64,000 nucleotides of DNA from Bdellovibrio sp. (GCA_036677065.1 JAKFBS010000001.1:128001-192000); one strand, 5' to 3'. Numbered from the stretch's first letter, positions 43,899 to 53,415 are shown. Notes: a model not told the origin generated them from the sequence alone. Program-made: numbers and translations.

Positions 43899-43975
43899 TG
43901 GTGCGGACGGGAGGATTCGAACCTCCGACCACTTGATTCGTAGTCAAGTACTCTATCCAGCTGAGCTACGACCGC
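43899..43975 (-). tRNA. tRNA-Arg (ACG)
   Basis: GCGGTCGTAGCTCAGCTGGATAGAG...CTTGACT-ACG-AATCAAG...GGTTCGAATCC...CCGCACCA. Confidence 0.97.
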
Positions 43976-44126
43976 ACGTCGTAAATTAAGCAATGTTAAT
44001 TGTGAATTAAGGTTCTACCGATTTATTAGTCCAAAATCAAGTGTAAGTATGGGTCATTCCTTGATTCTGTAAAAACGCTATGGCATTTTCTATTCTAGAT
44101 TATTTCAGCATAAAACATTAGCGCGC

Positions 44127-44219
44127 GGAGTGGTGGGTGAGTGGCTGAAACCAAGTCTTTGCTAAAGACTCGTACTTGCAAAACAGGTACCGTGGGTTCA
44201 AATCCCACCCACTCCGCCA
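44127..44219 (+). tRNA. tRNA-Ser (GCT)
   Basis: GGAGTGG...GGCTGAAACC-AAGTCTTT-GCT-AAAGACT, long variable arm, GGTTCAAATCC, CCACTCCGCCA. Confidence 0.96.
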
Positions 44220-44292
44220 TTTCTCAAAGACTCGCCTTTTGTAAATAGAAAAATCCTTAGTAGACTGATACAAAGCACGTTAGCATTTAAAA

Positions 44293-44940
44293 ATGAAGAA
44301 ATTCATGCTCTTATTCACGATTACTTTGTTATCTGGATGTACGTATTTGGCAAAACGGGAAATACCGCCTTTGTCTGCGGAGCAACGGTCTCAATGTCAG
44401 CCTAAAATTAAATCGCCAGTTCGTGTTTTTATATATGAAGATTCGGAAGACCGAATTAATTCAACGCTTTTAGGTCCTGGAGATCTTAGAACTGAACTTG
44501 AACACACATTAATTCAAGGTCAGCAGTTCAGTGATTATGAATTTGTTAGAGTTCTTTCCAACTATCAAATGCGGGTAGATCCAAAAGTAGAAATTAAAAA
44601 CTTGGATGCACGGATTCTTGATTTAAAATCTTTCAACGGAAAAGAATTAAGTATTTATATTCGCAAGCTAAGTACGAAAAAATTTTCACCAAGAATGTTG
44701 GCAGGTATTTTAACATTAGCAATTATTCCAACCGAGGATTATCTAAAAGCGCTTGTCGGAGTTAAACTGAAAGAAGGCGAAAAATCTTCAGAGTTAATTG
44801 TAACTGAAGAATTTACGGTACGCACAGCCTCTATACCCTATCCTGATTATAAAAATGTAGACCTGAAACTTCTGCGCGAACCGCTCGTGAATGCGGTTGA
44901 GTTCGCTTTGTGTGAAGTAATTAAAAAAGGGCTGAAATGA
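44293..44940 (+). CDS. Hypothetical lipoprotein
   Basis: Lipobox LSGC; internal LTLAIIP hydrophobic motif. Confidence 0.8.
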   Translation: MKKFMLLFTITLLSGCTYLAKREIPPLSAEQRSQCQPKIKSPVRVFIYEDSEDRINSTLLGPGDLRTELEHTLIQGQQFSDYEFVRVLSNYQMRVDPKVEIKNLDARILDLKSFNGKELSIYIRKLSTKKFSPRMLAGILTLAIIPTEDYLKALVGVKLKEGEKSSELIVTEEFTVRTASIPYPDYKNVDLKLLREPLVNAVEFALCEVIKKGLK

Positions 44941-45443
44941 AAAAGTTAATTCTATTTATTTCAGCGGTGATTTTATGCTCATGTATCACAATTAAGAAAA
45001 ATCAATTGCCAGATCTTCATGCCGAAAGCGTAGTAACTGACAAAAAAATTGAAATCAGATTTAATGATAACATAGACACTCAAGAGCACACCAGAAATAA
45101 AAAAGTTTGATGATTTTTTTCCCATTAGTGAACATGAAAAATACAATCCCGATCTGAAAGTGAAAGTAGTATGGGATAAGGCTGGTATTTTCACATGTAT
45201 TGTGTTTTGACGCTGACAATTCTGCCGTGTACACCCGGCAATAACTGGGTAGTTGGTTTTCGAGTGTCGGATAAAAACGGCAAATTTATCAAAGACTATG
45301 TAGTTCAAGAAAGCTTCGTAATGGTATATTGGCTTGGCTTTCTAACACCCGCAGGATGGAAAAAAGGTTCCGTTGTTGACCCCATTCTAGCAAATGCTAT
45401 TAAAAACTTAATGTATCAATTAAAACAGGACAAGTTACTTTGA
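44937..45443 (+). pseudogene. Frameshifted lipoprotein, probable paralog of 44293-44940
   Basis: ATGA-coupled start MKKLILFISAVILCSC stops at 45108-45110; continues in the +1 frame (TLKSTPEIKK...WDKAGIF), then returns to the original frame (YCVLTLTILPC...LANAIKN). Confidence 0.6.
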
Positions 45444-45891
45444 GCGCACAACCACAACTCAACTTCTTCTTGCCTTAACTTTGCGGCGTTAGCTAAAAAA
45501 TCCTCTCTAGAGATTCCTATTTTTTTCAGCATGTTGCTATTCAAAAGTTCTACCCGTTCAATGGGTATTGCCTTGTATCTCTTGTCCGAATACTCAAACC
45601 CCTTTAAATTGCCTTTAAGCATCATAAAAGGTTCCAAAGAGCTGCAATAAACAAGACAAATGGCAACAAAAGGGATGCTTTTTGTCTTTAAATTTTCTAT
45701 AGACCTTTGAAACGGGCAAAGCCTTCGGCACGACAAATGCTTTTATTTATTTTGTGGTGCTATCAAGGCAACCTTACAAGCGTGATAGTTTTAAAATTTT
45801 TGCAAAAGAATTTTAATAGAGGCGCGAAGTAATAGCATCAAGTACGCTGCAACGCTTTTGGAGTATAAACTTTTAAAGTCCGAGCAGAACA

Positions 45892-45930
45892 GGGACCCTG
45901 AAGTTAAAATGCCTAAAGCTTCAGGTTCCC
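45892..45930. terminator. Hairpin downstream of the SnoaL-like gene
   Basis: GGGACCCTGAAG...CTTCAGGTTCCC. Confidence 0.45.
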
Positions 45931-45964
45931 GAAATTATGAATCAAGAAAATCATCTACCTTGTT

Positions 45965-46432
45965 CTATTTCGTATCGCAATCCCAGTGCTCTACTATCTT
46001 CCCGTCGACTACTTTAAACATGTCAAACCACGTGGTCGTGTATTCAGCTCCTGTAGCGTCTTTCAGATGGCTTACAAAAGCCATCGTCACCAAATCGCCT
46101 TCTGCTGAAATTGACACAAGCCCTTTTACTGTGTCAGGAATCGGGCGTGGGCCGCCAAGCTTTGAAAAAAAATCGATAAAGCCCTGTAAGCCTGTTTCAA
46201 CATTTGGATTATGCTGGATGTAATCAGTTGTTAAAAATTCTGCGGTTCGCTCAAGGCGTCTGCCTGAAAGAATAATTCGTGTAAAATCATAAACTAGCTT
46301 TTTATTTGCAGCTAATTTTGCATCGGTACTGGCTAGCAGTGTTTGTTGGTCTGCTGCAGGTAAGACTGGCAATCCAGCCGAAGCTGTTTGTTGAACGAAA
46401 ATAAGCGCGACGATAATAAAAAACAGTTTCAT
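45965..46432 (-). CDS. Exported SnoaL/NTF2-like protein
   Basis: Signal MKLFFIIVALIFVQQTASA; ANKKLV, DYIQHNP, AEGDLV, WFDMF..GKIVEHWD. Confidence 0.9.
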   Translation of the reverse strand: MKLFFIIVALIFVQQTASAGLPVLPAADQQTLLASTDAKLAANKKLVYDFTRIILSGRRLERTAEFLTTDYIQHNPNVETGLQGFIDFFSKLGGPRPIPDTVKGLVSISAEGDLVTMAFVSHLKDATGAEYTTTWFDMFKVVDGKIVEHWDCDTK

Positions 46433-46580
46433 AAATAGCCCTTCTTTTTTGGGTATTATCCAGCCTATGGATAGCGAAAAATAATTCTTAATATCAATCT
46501 TATGATTAGTGACATTTATGATGTCGCATATCATTTTGAGACAGTTCAAGATGAGGCCCTCTGTTACCGAAAAGCAGACT

Positions 46581-48425
46581 ATGTCATTTGCTCTTTTACT
46601 AGCCTTTATTATATTGGGGAGTTTTTCTCCTGCATTAGCTTCTAGGCTAACGGGGTTAGAGATTTTAGAAAAAGCCCAAGAGGCTGCCGGTGATAATCCA
46701 AAAGCCAGTCTTGATTTGCTGGCGACCATCGATCAAAAAATTCCTGCTTCTGAGTCAGAGATTCATTTACGTAAGAGTATTCTTAGGTGTGAGCTTCTGG
46801 TTGATAATGATGATCCTCGCGAGGCTTTAAAAATTAGTGAAACTGATTATTCGCAAGCGCCTGTGAAATCTGAGTTGATATTAAAAATGCGTCTTTGTAG
46901 AAGCTCGGCCCTACAAGGGGTCGGAGAATCTGTTAAGGCTGAAACCGAGCTTTTAACGATCCTTGCGACAAGTCGCGATCAGGGCTTTCGCGAAGTCGAA
47001 GGCCTGGCACACCTGAACCTTGGGCAAATGTTGTCTTTTGCAAATCGATTTGCTTCAAGTCTTGATCACTTGGTGAATGCAAAAAGTATCTTTTCTGCTT
47101 TGAAGTCAGTTCATCAGGAAAGAATCACGCTAAACTCGATTGCTGTGCTTTACGGACGCATGGGAGAAAATGAAAAAGCGATTACTTATTTTCAAGAGGT
47201 TTTAGCGCTGAATAAAAGTTTAGGTAAAAAAAGAAATATCGCTGTCGTTCTTTATAATATTGGCCGTCGCTACGAAGACCTTAAGCAATACGATAAAGCT
47301 CTTAATCATTTCAATGAAGCCTTAAACATTCATCGTGAAACTAAAAATGAAAAAAGTCAGGCCGTCATAGAAAGAGCACTTGGTGGTCTATACAACACCA
47401 TGGGTAAGCCTGAAAAAGCATTGCCACATCTTTTTAATGCCATAGACACTCTTGAACGTAAGAATATTCTAAAATCGCAAGCTCAATTGCATTTAGAATT
47501 CGGAAAAACCTATGCTTTAATGAAGCGCTCAAAAGAGGCACTGGTAAGTTTAGAAAAATCAGAAAAATTGAATAAACAAACAGTCTCGCAGCAGCTTTCT
47601 TCAGATATATATGAAACGCGCAGTCGCGTTTACGAACAACTAAATCAGTGGAAGGATGCCTACTACTCACTAACTGAATTTAAGAAAAGTTCAGATGGTT
47701 TATTGGCAATGAAAGCTGATGAACAATTACGACGAATGAATGCTCTTTTTGATTTAGAGAAACAACAAGAAGTAAATAAGGTGTTGAGTGAAAAAAATCG
47801 TTTGCAACAAAGAGAGCTGGATTTACAGTTTATAACGTTAGCATTAGCCTGCGTTTTATTAATTGTTATTGTGGTATTTACCATCGGACAAATCAAAGTA
47901 GCGCGAAAAATGCGAGAGCTAGCCTTAACAGATGAGTTAACAAAGATTCCAAACCGCCGCCACATCATAGACTACGGTAAGCAAACATTAAGCACCTGTC
48001 AGCGTCACAAAAAGTCTTTGTCTGTTATCATATTTGATATTGATCATTTTAAAAAAGTTAACGACACCTTAGGACATGCTATCGGAGATGAAGTTATTAA
48101 AAAAGTGGCTTTTGTAAGCCGTAATTTACTACGTCAAGGCGACATGGTTGGCCGCATTGGCGGAGAAGAATTTTTAGCGATTCTGCCGTTTACCGAAGCT
48201 GCGCAGGCAGAAGAAGTTGCAGAACGCATTCGCCAACAAATTCAAAAAATTGATTTTACGAGTGTCGCGCAAAACTTGAAAGTCACAGTCAGTGTTGGCG
48301 TAGCAACTCAAGAGCAACCCGAAACCGCCGTAACCTTAGATCAATTAATTCATGATGCCGATCAGGCTCTGTATAGCGTTAAACAAAATGGCCGCAATGG
48401 CGTAAGTTTACGTTTAGTCTCTTAA
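46581..48425 (+). CDS. Diguanylate cyclase with periplasmic TPR array
   Basis: Signal peptide, multiple TPRs, one TM, DELT..NRR, DIDHFK.VND, RQGD I-site, GGEEF; start uncertain (46509-46581). Confidence 0.92.
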   Translation: MSFALLLAFIILGSFSPALASRLTGLEILEKAQEAAGDNPKASLDLLATIDQKIPASESEIHLRKSILRCELLVDNDDPREALKISETDYSQAPVKSELILKMRLCRSSALQGVGESVKAETELLTILATSRDQGFREVEGLAHLNLGQMLSFANRFASSLDHLVNAKSIFSALKSVHQERITLNSIAVLYGRMGENEKAITYFQEVLALNKSLGKKRNIAVVLYNIGRRYEDLKQYDKALNHFNEALNIHRETKNEKSQAVIERALGGLYNTMGKPEKALPHLFNAIDTLERKNILKSQAQLHLEFGKTYALMKRSKEALVSLEKSEKLNKQTVSQQLSSDIYETRSRVYEQLNQWKDAYYSLTEFKKSSDGLLAMKADEQLRRMNALFDLEKQQEVNKVLSEKNRLQQRELDLQFITLALACVLLIVIVVFTIGQIKVARKMRELALTDELTKIPNRRHIIDYGKQTLSTCQRHKKSLSVIIFDIDHFKKVNDTLGHAIGDEVIKKVAFVSRNLLRQGDMVGRIGGEEFLAILPFTEAAQAEEVAERIRQQIQKIDFTSVAQNLKVTVSVGVATQEQPETAVTLDQLIHDADQALYSVKQNGRNGVSLRLVS

Positions 48426-48523
48426 GTTTTTCTCTCACAAAAGTTTATTTGTTTTGAACAATCGCATTAGGCCCATCGTCTATTTTTTCTAAACAAAATC
48501 CTCAATTTTCTGGTTTTGCCAAA

Positions 48524-48553
48524 TCGCAACACTTCACACTGATTTCGCAACAC
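48524..48553 (+). promoter_or_regulatory. Direct repeat TCGCAACAC x2 (21-bp period)
   Basis: Copies at 48524-48532 and 48545-48553, upstream of the glycoside-hydrolase-like gene. Confidence 0.45.
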
Positions 48554-48613
48554 AAGTCCCGCTTATTCAGCATTCGCTACGGGCAACAACAACCAGACAA
48601 CGGAGGTCTATAC

Positions 48614-49765
48614 ATGCGGCTATTAACTGCCCTACTAACTTTTTTATCTTTGAATATTGCTTTTGCCCAAACGGCTCCGGTAAAGGGTCTGCGCTTTGAT
48701 CCAGGCTATGTCTATGATGATCCAGCATTAGCCGGTAAATCTATACAGCAGATTGCAGCCATTGCAGCTCAGAACGTGAAGAACGCCGGCTTTAATACAA
48801 TTTTTCTTTTTGCGTACTCTTCGTATTATGGAGCGTTTTATAAAACGACTTACAGTATGACAAATGTTGAAGGTGGACTAGGTGTCGGAAATTTCACGAC
48901 CGCACTTATCAATGAAGCGCATGCGCGTGGAATTAAAGTTATCGCAGATCTTCCGATGAATAACTTTTATAAAGTGTGGTTAGCTAAACCAGAATGGCGC
49001 ATGAAAAATAGAAGTGGCGGCAATTATCGCCCTTACAGTGATTTATATTTACTATCGATTTTTCATCCCGAGTTTAAGGCGTGGTACACAGGTTTTGTGA
49101 ACGACTTCTTAGCAAAACACCCGGGTATTGATGGTATCGAAGCGTTCGAACCACAATTAGACTTTAACTGGAATAACGGAGCTGATTACAACCCAGCTGC
49201 AAATGCTAAATTCAAATCTCTTTATCCAACTGGAACATTAGGTTCGGCGCAGTGGGAGGCCGTTCAATCAAAAGAGGTGACTTCGTATTTAGGAAATTTC
49301 TTTGGCCTAGCCCGGGCAAAAGGTAAAGAAGCCCACGTTGTTCAAACTTGGACAGCCAATTCAAACGGGACATTGTTATCAGCAGCATCTTTATCAAAAG
49401 CGATTGCATTTAATTTCTTGGGTTTTAATGCATTACCGGCGCATCAACGCCCGACCTATATTCAAGGTGAATTTATGTGGTCACAATGGAAAGCTGAATA
49501 CGGAACCAGCGTATTTAATCCAGATTGGATCAAGACAGCCGCAAATTCATTTTTATCGCAAATGGGATCGTTAGCGCAGCCAGCGATTGTTCATACAGAG
49601 CTTTCAGAATTTAGCGGTAGCGCTGGAACAGTTAGACCAACAAGCTCTCAGTTCTTACAAGAGTTAAAAACCCTTAGGTCGATGAATGTGAACTTTGATG
49701 TTTATGATTACGCACAAGTGAGTGAGTTGAACTTGTGGTCAGGTATCGCACAAGCTCTTCAATAA
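48614..49765 (+). CDS. Secreted TIM-barrel glycoside hydrolase-like protein (GHL10/DUF187- or GH153-like)
   Basis: Signal peptide; GFNTIF, EAHARGIKV, HPEFK, PGIDGIE motifs. Confidence 0.7.
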   Translation: MRLLTALLTFLSLNIAFAQTAPVKGLRFDPGYVYDDPALAGKSIQQIAAIAAQNVKNAGFNTIFLFAYSSYYGAFYKTTYSMTNVEGGLGVGNFTTALINEAHARGIKVIADLPMNNFYKVWLAKPEWRMKNRSGGNYRPYSDLYLLSIFHPEFKAWYTGFVNDFLAKHPGIDGIEAFEPQLDFNWNNGADYNPAANAKFKSLYPTGTLGSAQWEAVQSKEVTSYLGNFFGLARAKGKEAHVVQTWTANSNGTLLSAASLSKAIAFNFLGFNALPAHQRPTYIQGEFMWSQWKAEYGTSVFNPDWIKTAANSFLSQMGSLAQPAIVHTELSEFSGSAGTVRPTSSQFLQELKTLRSMNVNFDVYDYAQVSELNLWSGIAQALQ

Positions 49766-49793
49766 TTTATTAAGTTACATTTTAACTAAAGTG

Positions 49794-49822
49794 AAAGCGG
49801 GAAAGAAATTTCCCGCTTTTTT
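49794..49822. terminator. Bidirectional terminator between the GH-like gene and the lectin-like array
   Basis: AAAGCGGGAAA-gaaa-TTTCCCGCTTT then a T run. Confidence 0.8.
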
Positions 49823-49823
49823 A

Positions 49824-50754
49824 TTAAAATGGAGACCACGTACGATACCAAAGTGCGCCGTCTGTTCCGCGAACGAAAACCATCATACGGGTTTTGTTGG
49901 CGAACGTTGTTGCCCCTGGCCCGGAAGTGGCAATACCTCCAAGATCATTCCAAAATCCCCAATGACCACTGATCCATCGTTTGTGAAGCAGATTTCCGCC
50001 AGGTCCTCTTGCAAATAAATCCAGTGAGTTTGAGTTTCGACTAATTATATCAGGCGCTGAGCCAACTGGTCCGCCTGGGAATCACGCCATAAAAATAAAT
50101 TACCCCAGATCGTATATTATGATGAATTAAATTTCCGGTCGTATTTTGCACAATGAGATCAAGTCTGTTTGAAGATCTGAAGGTGGCTGCCGGGTCACTG
50201 ATTACAGATCCGGTCACAGCACTCCAACGATTATTACACATAAAGCTATGAATACATCGTGAGTAATACACTTTGTTGTCACTTCCACGTGCCAGTATGT
50301 GCGGTCTTGCACCACTATTGGCGCGAGGTGAAGTTAGTCCGGATTCAACTGCTAACAAAGTTGGAATTCCAGCTGTTGAAACATTATTCCATCCCGTAAA
50401 TCCTGAAAATGCTGTAAGTCTATTGCGATAGATGTGGCGATAATTAACAATCGCAAACACTTCAAAAATATCCATTCCTCCGGTACGTCGACAAGTTATA
50501 GAAGGCGATCCCGTAAATGTTAGACCACCGGGAATTCGTTTCCAATCTTCCCACATCATGGGGCCGAAAACTTTTTTACGATACCAGATCGCATTGTCAG
50601 TTCCTTTTACAGCAACGTAAGCGACATTTCTTGATGAGCATGCCGCAGGATCACCGATCAGACTTCCGCCTAAAGTATTCCACGGCGTCCAATTTGCTAA
50701 AGCTGAAGCCGAGAACATTGTTATTAAAATTATTAAACTAAAAATTTTGTTCAT
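49824..50754 (-). pseudogene. Beta-propeller lectin-like protein copy 3, single +1 frameshift near 50077-50081
   Basis: 931 nt = 3n+1; after VIP the shifted frame reads GGPVGSAPDIISR...VRGTDGALWYRTWSPF*, matching the paralog C-termini. Confidence 0.85.
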
Positions 50755-50769
50755 AAAAGTCTCCTTTTG

Positions 50770-51717
50770 TTACGGAGCCCAAGCTCGATACCAAAGTGCT
50801 CCATCACTTCCGCGCGCAAACGCAAAAATGCGGGCTTTGCTAGCGTAAGTGACTGCTCCGGGACCAGAAGTAATGCCGGCGTTGTTAGGGCTGCTAAGGT
50901 TAACTGCGTTTCCCCACACGCCGTTAATCCAACGTTTGTGCATTAACGCATTACTTGTACTTCTGTAAAATAAATCGAGTGAGCCTTGATAACGGCTGAC
51001 AATATCGGGGGCACTGGCTGCCGGGCCACTGCCGACATAATAATAAGGTTGCCAAATGCCACCCTCCATAAATCGATGCATAACAGTTCCGTTTATCGCA
51101 AGTACCGCTAAATCTAATCTTCCGGCAGATTGATAAGTTGCGGCCGCATCACTCATAACAATCGGACTTCTTAAAACCCAGTTGTTATAACAATTTCCAG
51201 AAGCCACACAGCTTGTTTGATAAATTGAGTTGTTTGAGCCACGGGCAAAAACTTGCGGCGAAGATCGACCATCAACGAGTGATGGCGTCGACAATCCTGA
51301 GCCTGTAGCTAAACGTCCACTCGTAATTCCATTGAGCGGATATTTCGCCCACGGAGTAAAACTGTTAGGTGCAGATGCTTGATACGTTTGATAAAGCTGA
51401 CCATCAAAGCCAACTGCCCAAACTTCAAATAGATTTAAAGTTAAATAAATACGGCAGGCCACGGATGGCGAACCAGAAAATTGTTGTGTGCCGGGAATCC
51501 GTTTCCAGGCATCCCATATACCTGTGCTTAAAGTTCTTTTGCGATACCAAATCGCATTGTCAGTACCTTTTGCAGCTACATAAGTATCACCCCGAGCTGT
51601 ACATGCTGCTGGATCACCAACAATGTCGCCACCAAGTGGTACCCATATAGTCCACGCGGCAAAAGTTGGAGTTGAAAAAAATGCGAATGAAATTAAAAAT
51701 AAAAAAATCTTGTTCAT
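50770..51717 (-). CDS. Secreted six-repeat beta-propeller, PLL/fucose-lectin-like, copy 2
   Basis: Signal peptide; W..LGG....PAA / LDLF.R / ARGSDGALW repeats. Confidence 0.8.
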   Translation of the reverse strand: MNKIFLFLISFAFFSTPTFAAWTIWVPLGGDIVGDPAACTARGDTYVAAKGTDNAIWYRKRTLSTGIWDAWKRIPGTQQFSGSPSVACRIYLTLNLFEVWAVGFDGQLYQTYQASAPNSFTPWAKYPLNGITSGRLATGSGLSTPSLVDGRSSPQVFARGSNNSIYQTSCVASGNCYNNWVLRSPIVMSDAAATYQSAGRLDLAVLAINGTVMHRFMEGGIWQPYYYVGSGPAASAPDIVSRYQGSLDLFYRSTSNALMHKRWINGVWGNAVNLSSPNNAGITSGPGAVTYASKARIFAFARGSDGALWYRAWAP

Positions 51718-51741
51718 AAGTCCTCCTGACTTTGCAAAAAT

Positions 51742-52701
51742 TTACGGAGCCCAAGCTTTATACCAAAGTGCTCCATCACTTCCGCGGGCAAATACAAAGA
51801 TGCGGGCATTGCTGAAATCTCTGGCGTAAGTGACTGCTCCGGGACCAGAAGTAATTCCGGCATTATTCGGACTGCCAAGATTTACATTGGCTCCCCACGC
51901 GCCATTGATCCAAGTTTTTTGAATGAGGGTATTATTAGGAGCTCTGGCAAATAAATCCAGTGAACCTTGATAGCGGCTGACAATGTCAGGTGAGCCGATC
52001 ACTGTACCACTGCCGATGTAAAAAGGCGGATACCAAAGGCCACCTTCCATAAATCGATGGATTAAAGTTCCGGTTGTAGCTCGCACTACTAAATCCAATC
52101 TTCCTGGAGATTGATGAATTGCAGCTGGGTCGCTCGTCATATACGAACTTACTTGTAGCCAAGTTTTGTTGTAACAACTGCTGTCAGCCAAAGAACACGG
52201 TCTATAATAAATTATGTTGTTAGATCCTCGCGCAAAAAGTTGTGGCAATGATTGCCCATCATTTAATGACGGCGAAGATAAACCAGATCCCATGGCTAAT
52301 CTGTTATTGGAAATTCCGTTAACTAACCATTTTGTCCAAGGCGTGAAATTATTCAGGCCTGCGTGATATGTTTGATAAAGGAATCCGTCATATCCTACAG
52401 CATAAGCTTCGAAATAATCTGCATCGCGATAGGCCCTGCAAGCAACTGATGGTGAACCAGTAAATTGTCTTGTGCCGGGAATTCTTTTCCACTCATCCCA
52501 GATTCCTGTGCTTAATGTTCTCATCCGATACCACATAGCATAGTCAGTACCTTTAGCGACGACGAATGTTTTTCCGCGTGAAGTACAGGCTGCTGGGTCA
52601 GAAAGGATGCCGCCACCCAAAGTAACCCACGGAGTCCATGCCGCGAAAGCTGGAGCTGCGAATAATATTATTGAAATTAAAAAAAGAAAAAAGCGAACCA
52701 T
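51742..52701 (-). CDS. Secreted six-repeat beta-propeller, PLL/fucose-lectin-like, copy 1
   Basis: SD GGAGG before ATG 52701; same repeats; 3' end nearly identical to copy 2 at DNA level. Confidence 0.8.
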   Translation of the reverse strand: MVRFFLFLISIILFAAPAFAAWTPWVTLGGGILSDPAACTSRGKTFVVAKGTDYAMWYRMRTLSTGIWDEWKRIPGTRQFTGSPSVACRAYRDADYFEAYAVGYDGFLYQTYHAGLNNFTPWTKWLVNGISNNRLAMGSGLSSPSLNDGQSLPQLFARGSNNIIYYRPCSLADSSCYNKTWLQVSSYMTSDPAAIHQSPGRLDLVVRATTGTLIHRFMEGGLWYPPFYIGSGTVIGSPDIVSRYQGSLDLFARAPNNTLIQKTWINGAWGANVNLGSPNNAGITSGPGAVTYARDFSNARIFVFARGSDGALWYKAWAP

Positions 52702-52784
52702 ATAAACCTCCTGTTGTATTCGAATGGCATTCTGCCTCGAGATGTACAAAAGGTAATTAACAGCAAATTAAATGCCCCGCTTTT

Positions 52785-53348
52785 TTAGAACGCCGAGCTT
52801 GATAAAGATAACGTGTGCTTTTTTAAATCTTTTGGCCAATCAGCAATAGCTGCTTTAAATTTGTCTTCATCTTGGCGGTATAAATAACGAATCGCATCTT
52901 CAAAATTATTTAAATCACCAGCGATCGAATTCAAAAACGTGTAAACACTTTCTTGCGTTTGTTTAATTTTATCTTTGGGCGTTGCCGTTTTTATCTTCTC
53001 ATCGACTAGGCGTCTAATTGTAGCTGAAGCGCCTCCTGATTGCGTTGAAAGCCATTCCCAGTGAATCGGCATAAGTGATATTTCACGGGGCTTCACGCCC
53101 ATCTTCGGGCGACCTGGGCTGATGCCAGTCGTTGTAGTTTCTGCGGCTTTATAAACGTTTAATCTTTCGACCACGTCTTTGTCGGTGCCACTTAGATCTA
53201 AATCCATTTGTTTACCAGACAGGTCACTGAAAATAAGAATGCGAGCAGTGGTTTCTTTTTTTAGATATTTTTTGGTGGCGATAGCCACGGCTTCGATATG
53301 GCCTTGGGCAATTAATTTAAAACCGTCGAATACTGTGTAATTGAACAT
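52785..53348 (-). CDS. DUF2239 family protein
   Basis: LIFSDLSG..DLDL.G, GRPKMGVKPREISL.P.HWEWL..Q.GGASATIRRLV, IAGDL..FEDA.R.LY. Confidence 0.9.
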   Translation of the reverse strand: MFNYTVFDGFKLIAQGHIEAVAIATKKYLKKETTARILIFSDLSGKQMDLDLSGTDKDVVERLNVYKAAETTTTGISPGRPKMGVKPREISLMPIHWEWLSTQSGGASATIRRLVDEKIKTATPKDKIKQTQESVYTFLNSIAGDLNNFEDAIRYLYRQDEDKFKAAIADWPKDLKKHTLSLSSSAF

Positions 53349-53366
53349 AACTTACCTCGTGAAGTT

Positions 53367-53415
53367 AATATTATCCGGATAAAATAGCATTGTCAATATT
53401 ATCCGGGTAAAATAG
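53367..53415 (-). promoter_or_regulatory. Sigma70 promoter (TTGACA-N17-TAATAT) overlaid by two palindromic operators
   Basis: AATATTATCCGGATAAAATAG (53367-53387) and AATATTATCCGGGTAAAATAG (53395-53415). Confidence 0.8.

Noticed and set aside
43790..43993. 67-aa ORF
   Set aside because: It is a translation across tRNA-Arg
45416..45736. 106-aa minus-strand ORF
   Set aside because: Weak start, no motif, overlaps the pseudogene end; it may be a real short gene but I cannot support it
46433..46729. N-terminal 99-aa extension of the SnoaL-like ORF
   Set aside because: Overlaps the divergent DGC; the SD and signal peptide indicate a start at 46432
48426..48613. c-di-GMP riboswitch between the DGC and the GH-like gene
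   Set aside because: No class I or class II riboswitch consensus recognisable
53367..53415. Mini CRISPR array
   Set aside because: Only two 21-bp units with a 7-bp gap and no cas genes; better explained as operators
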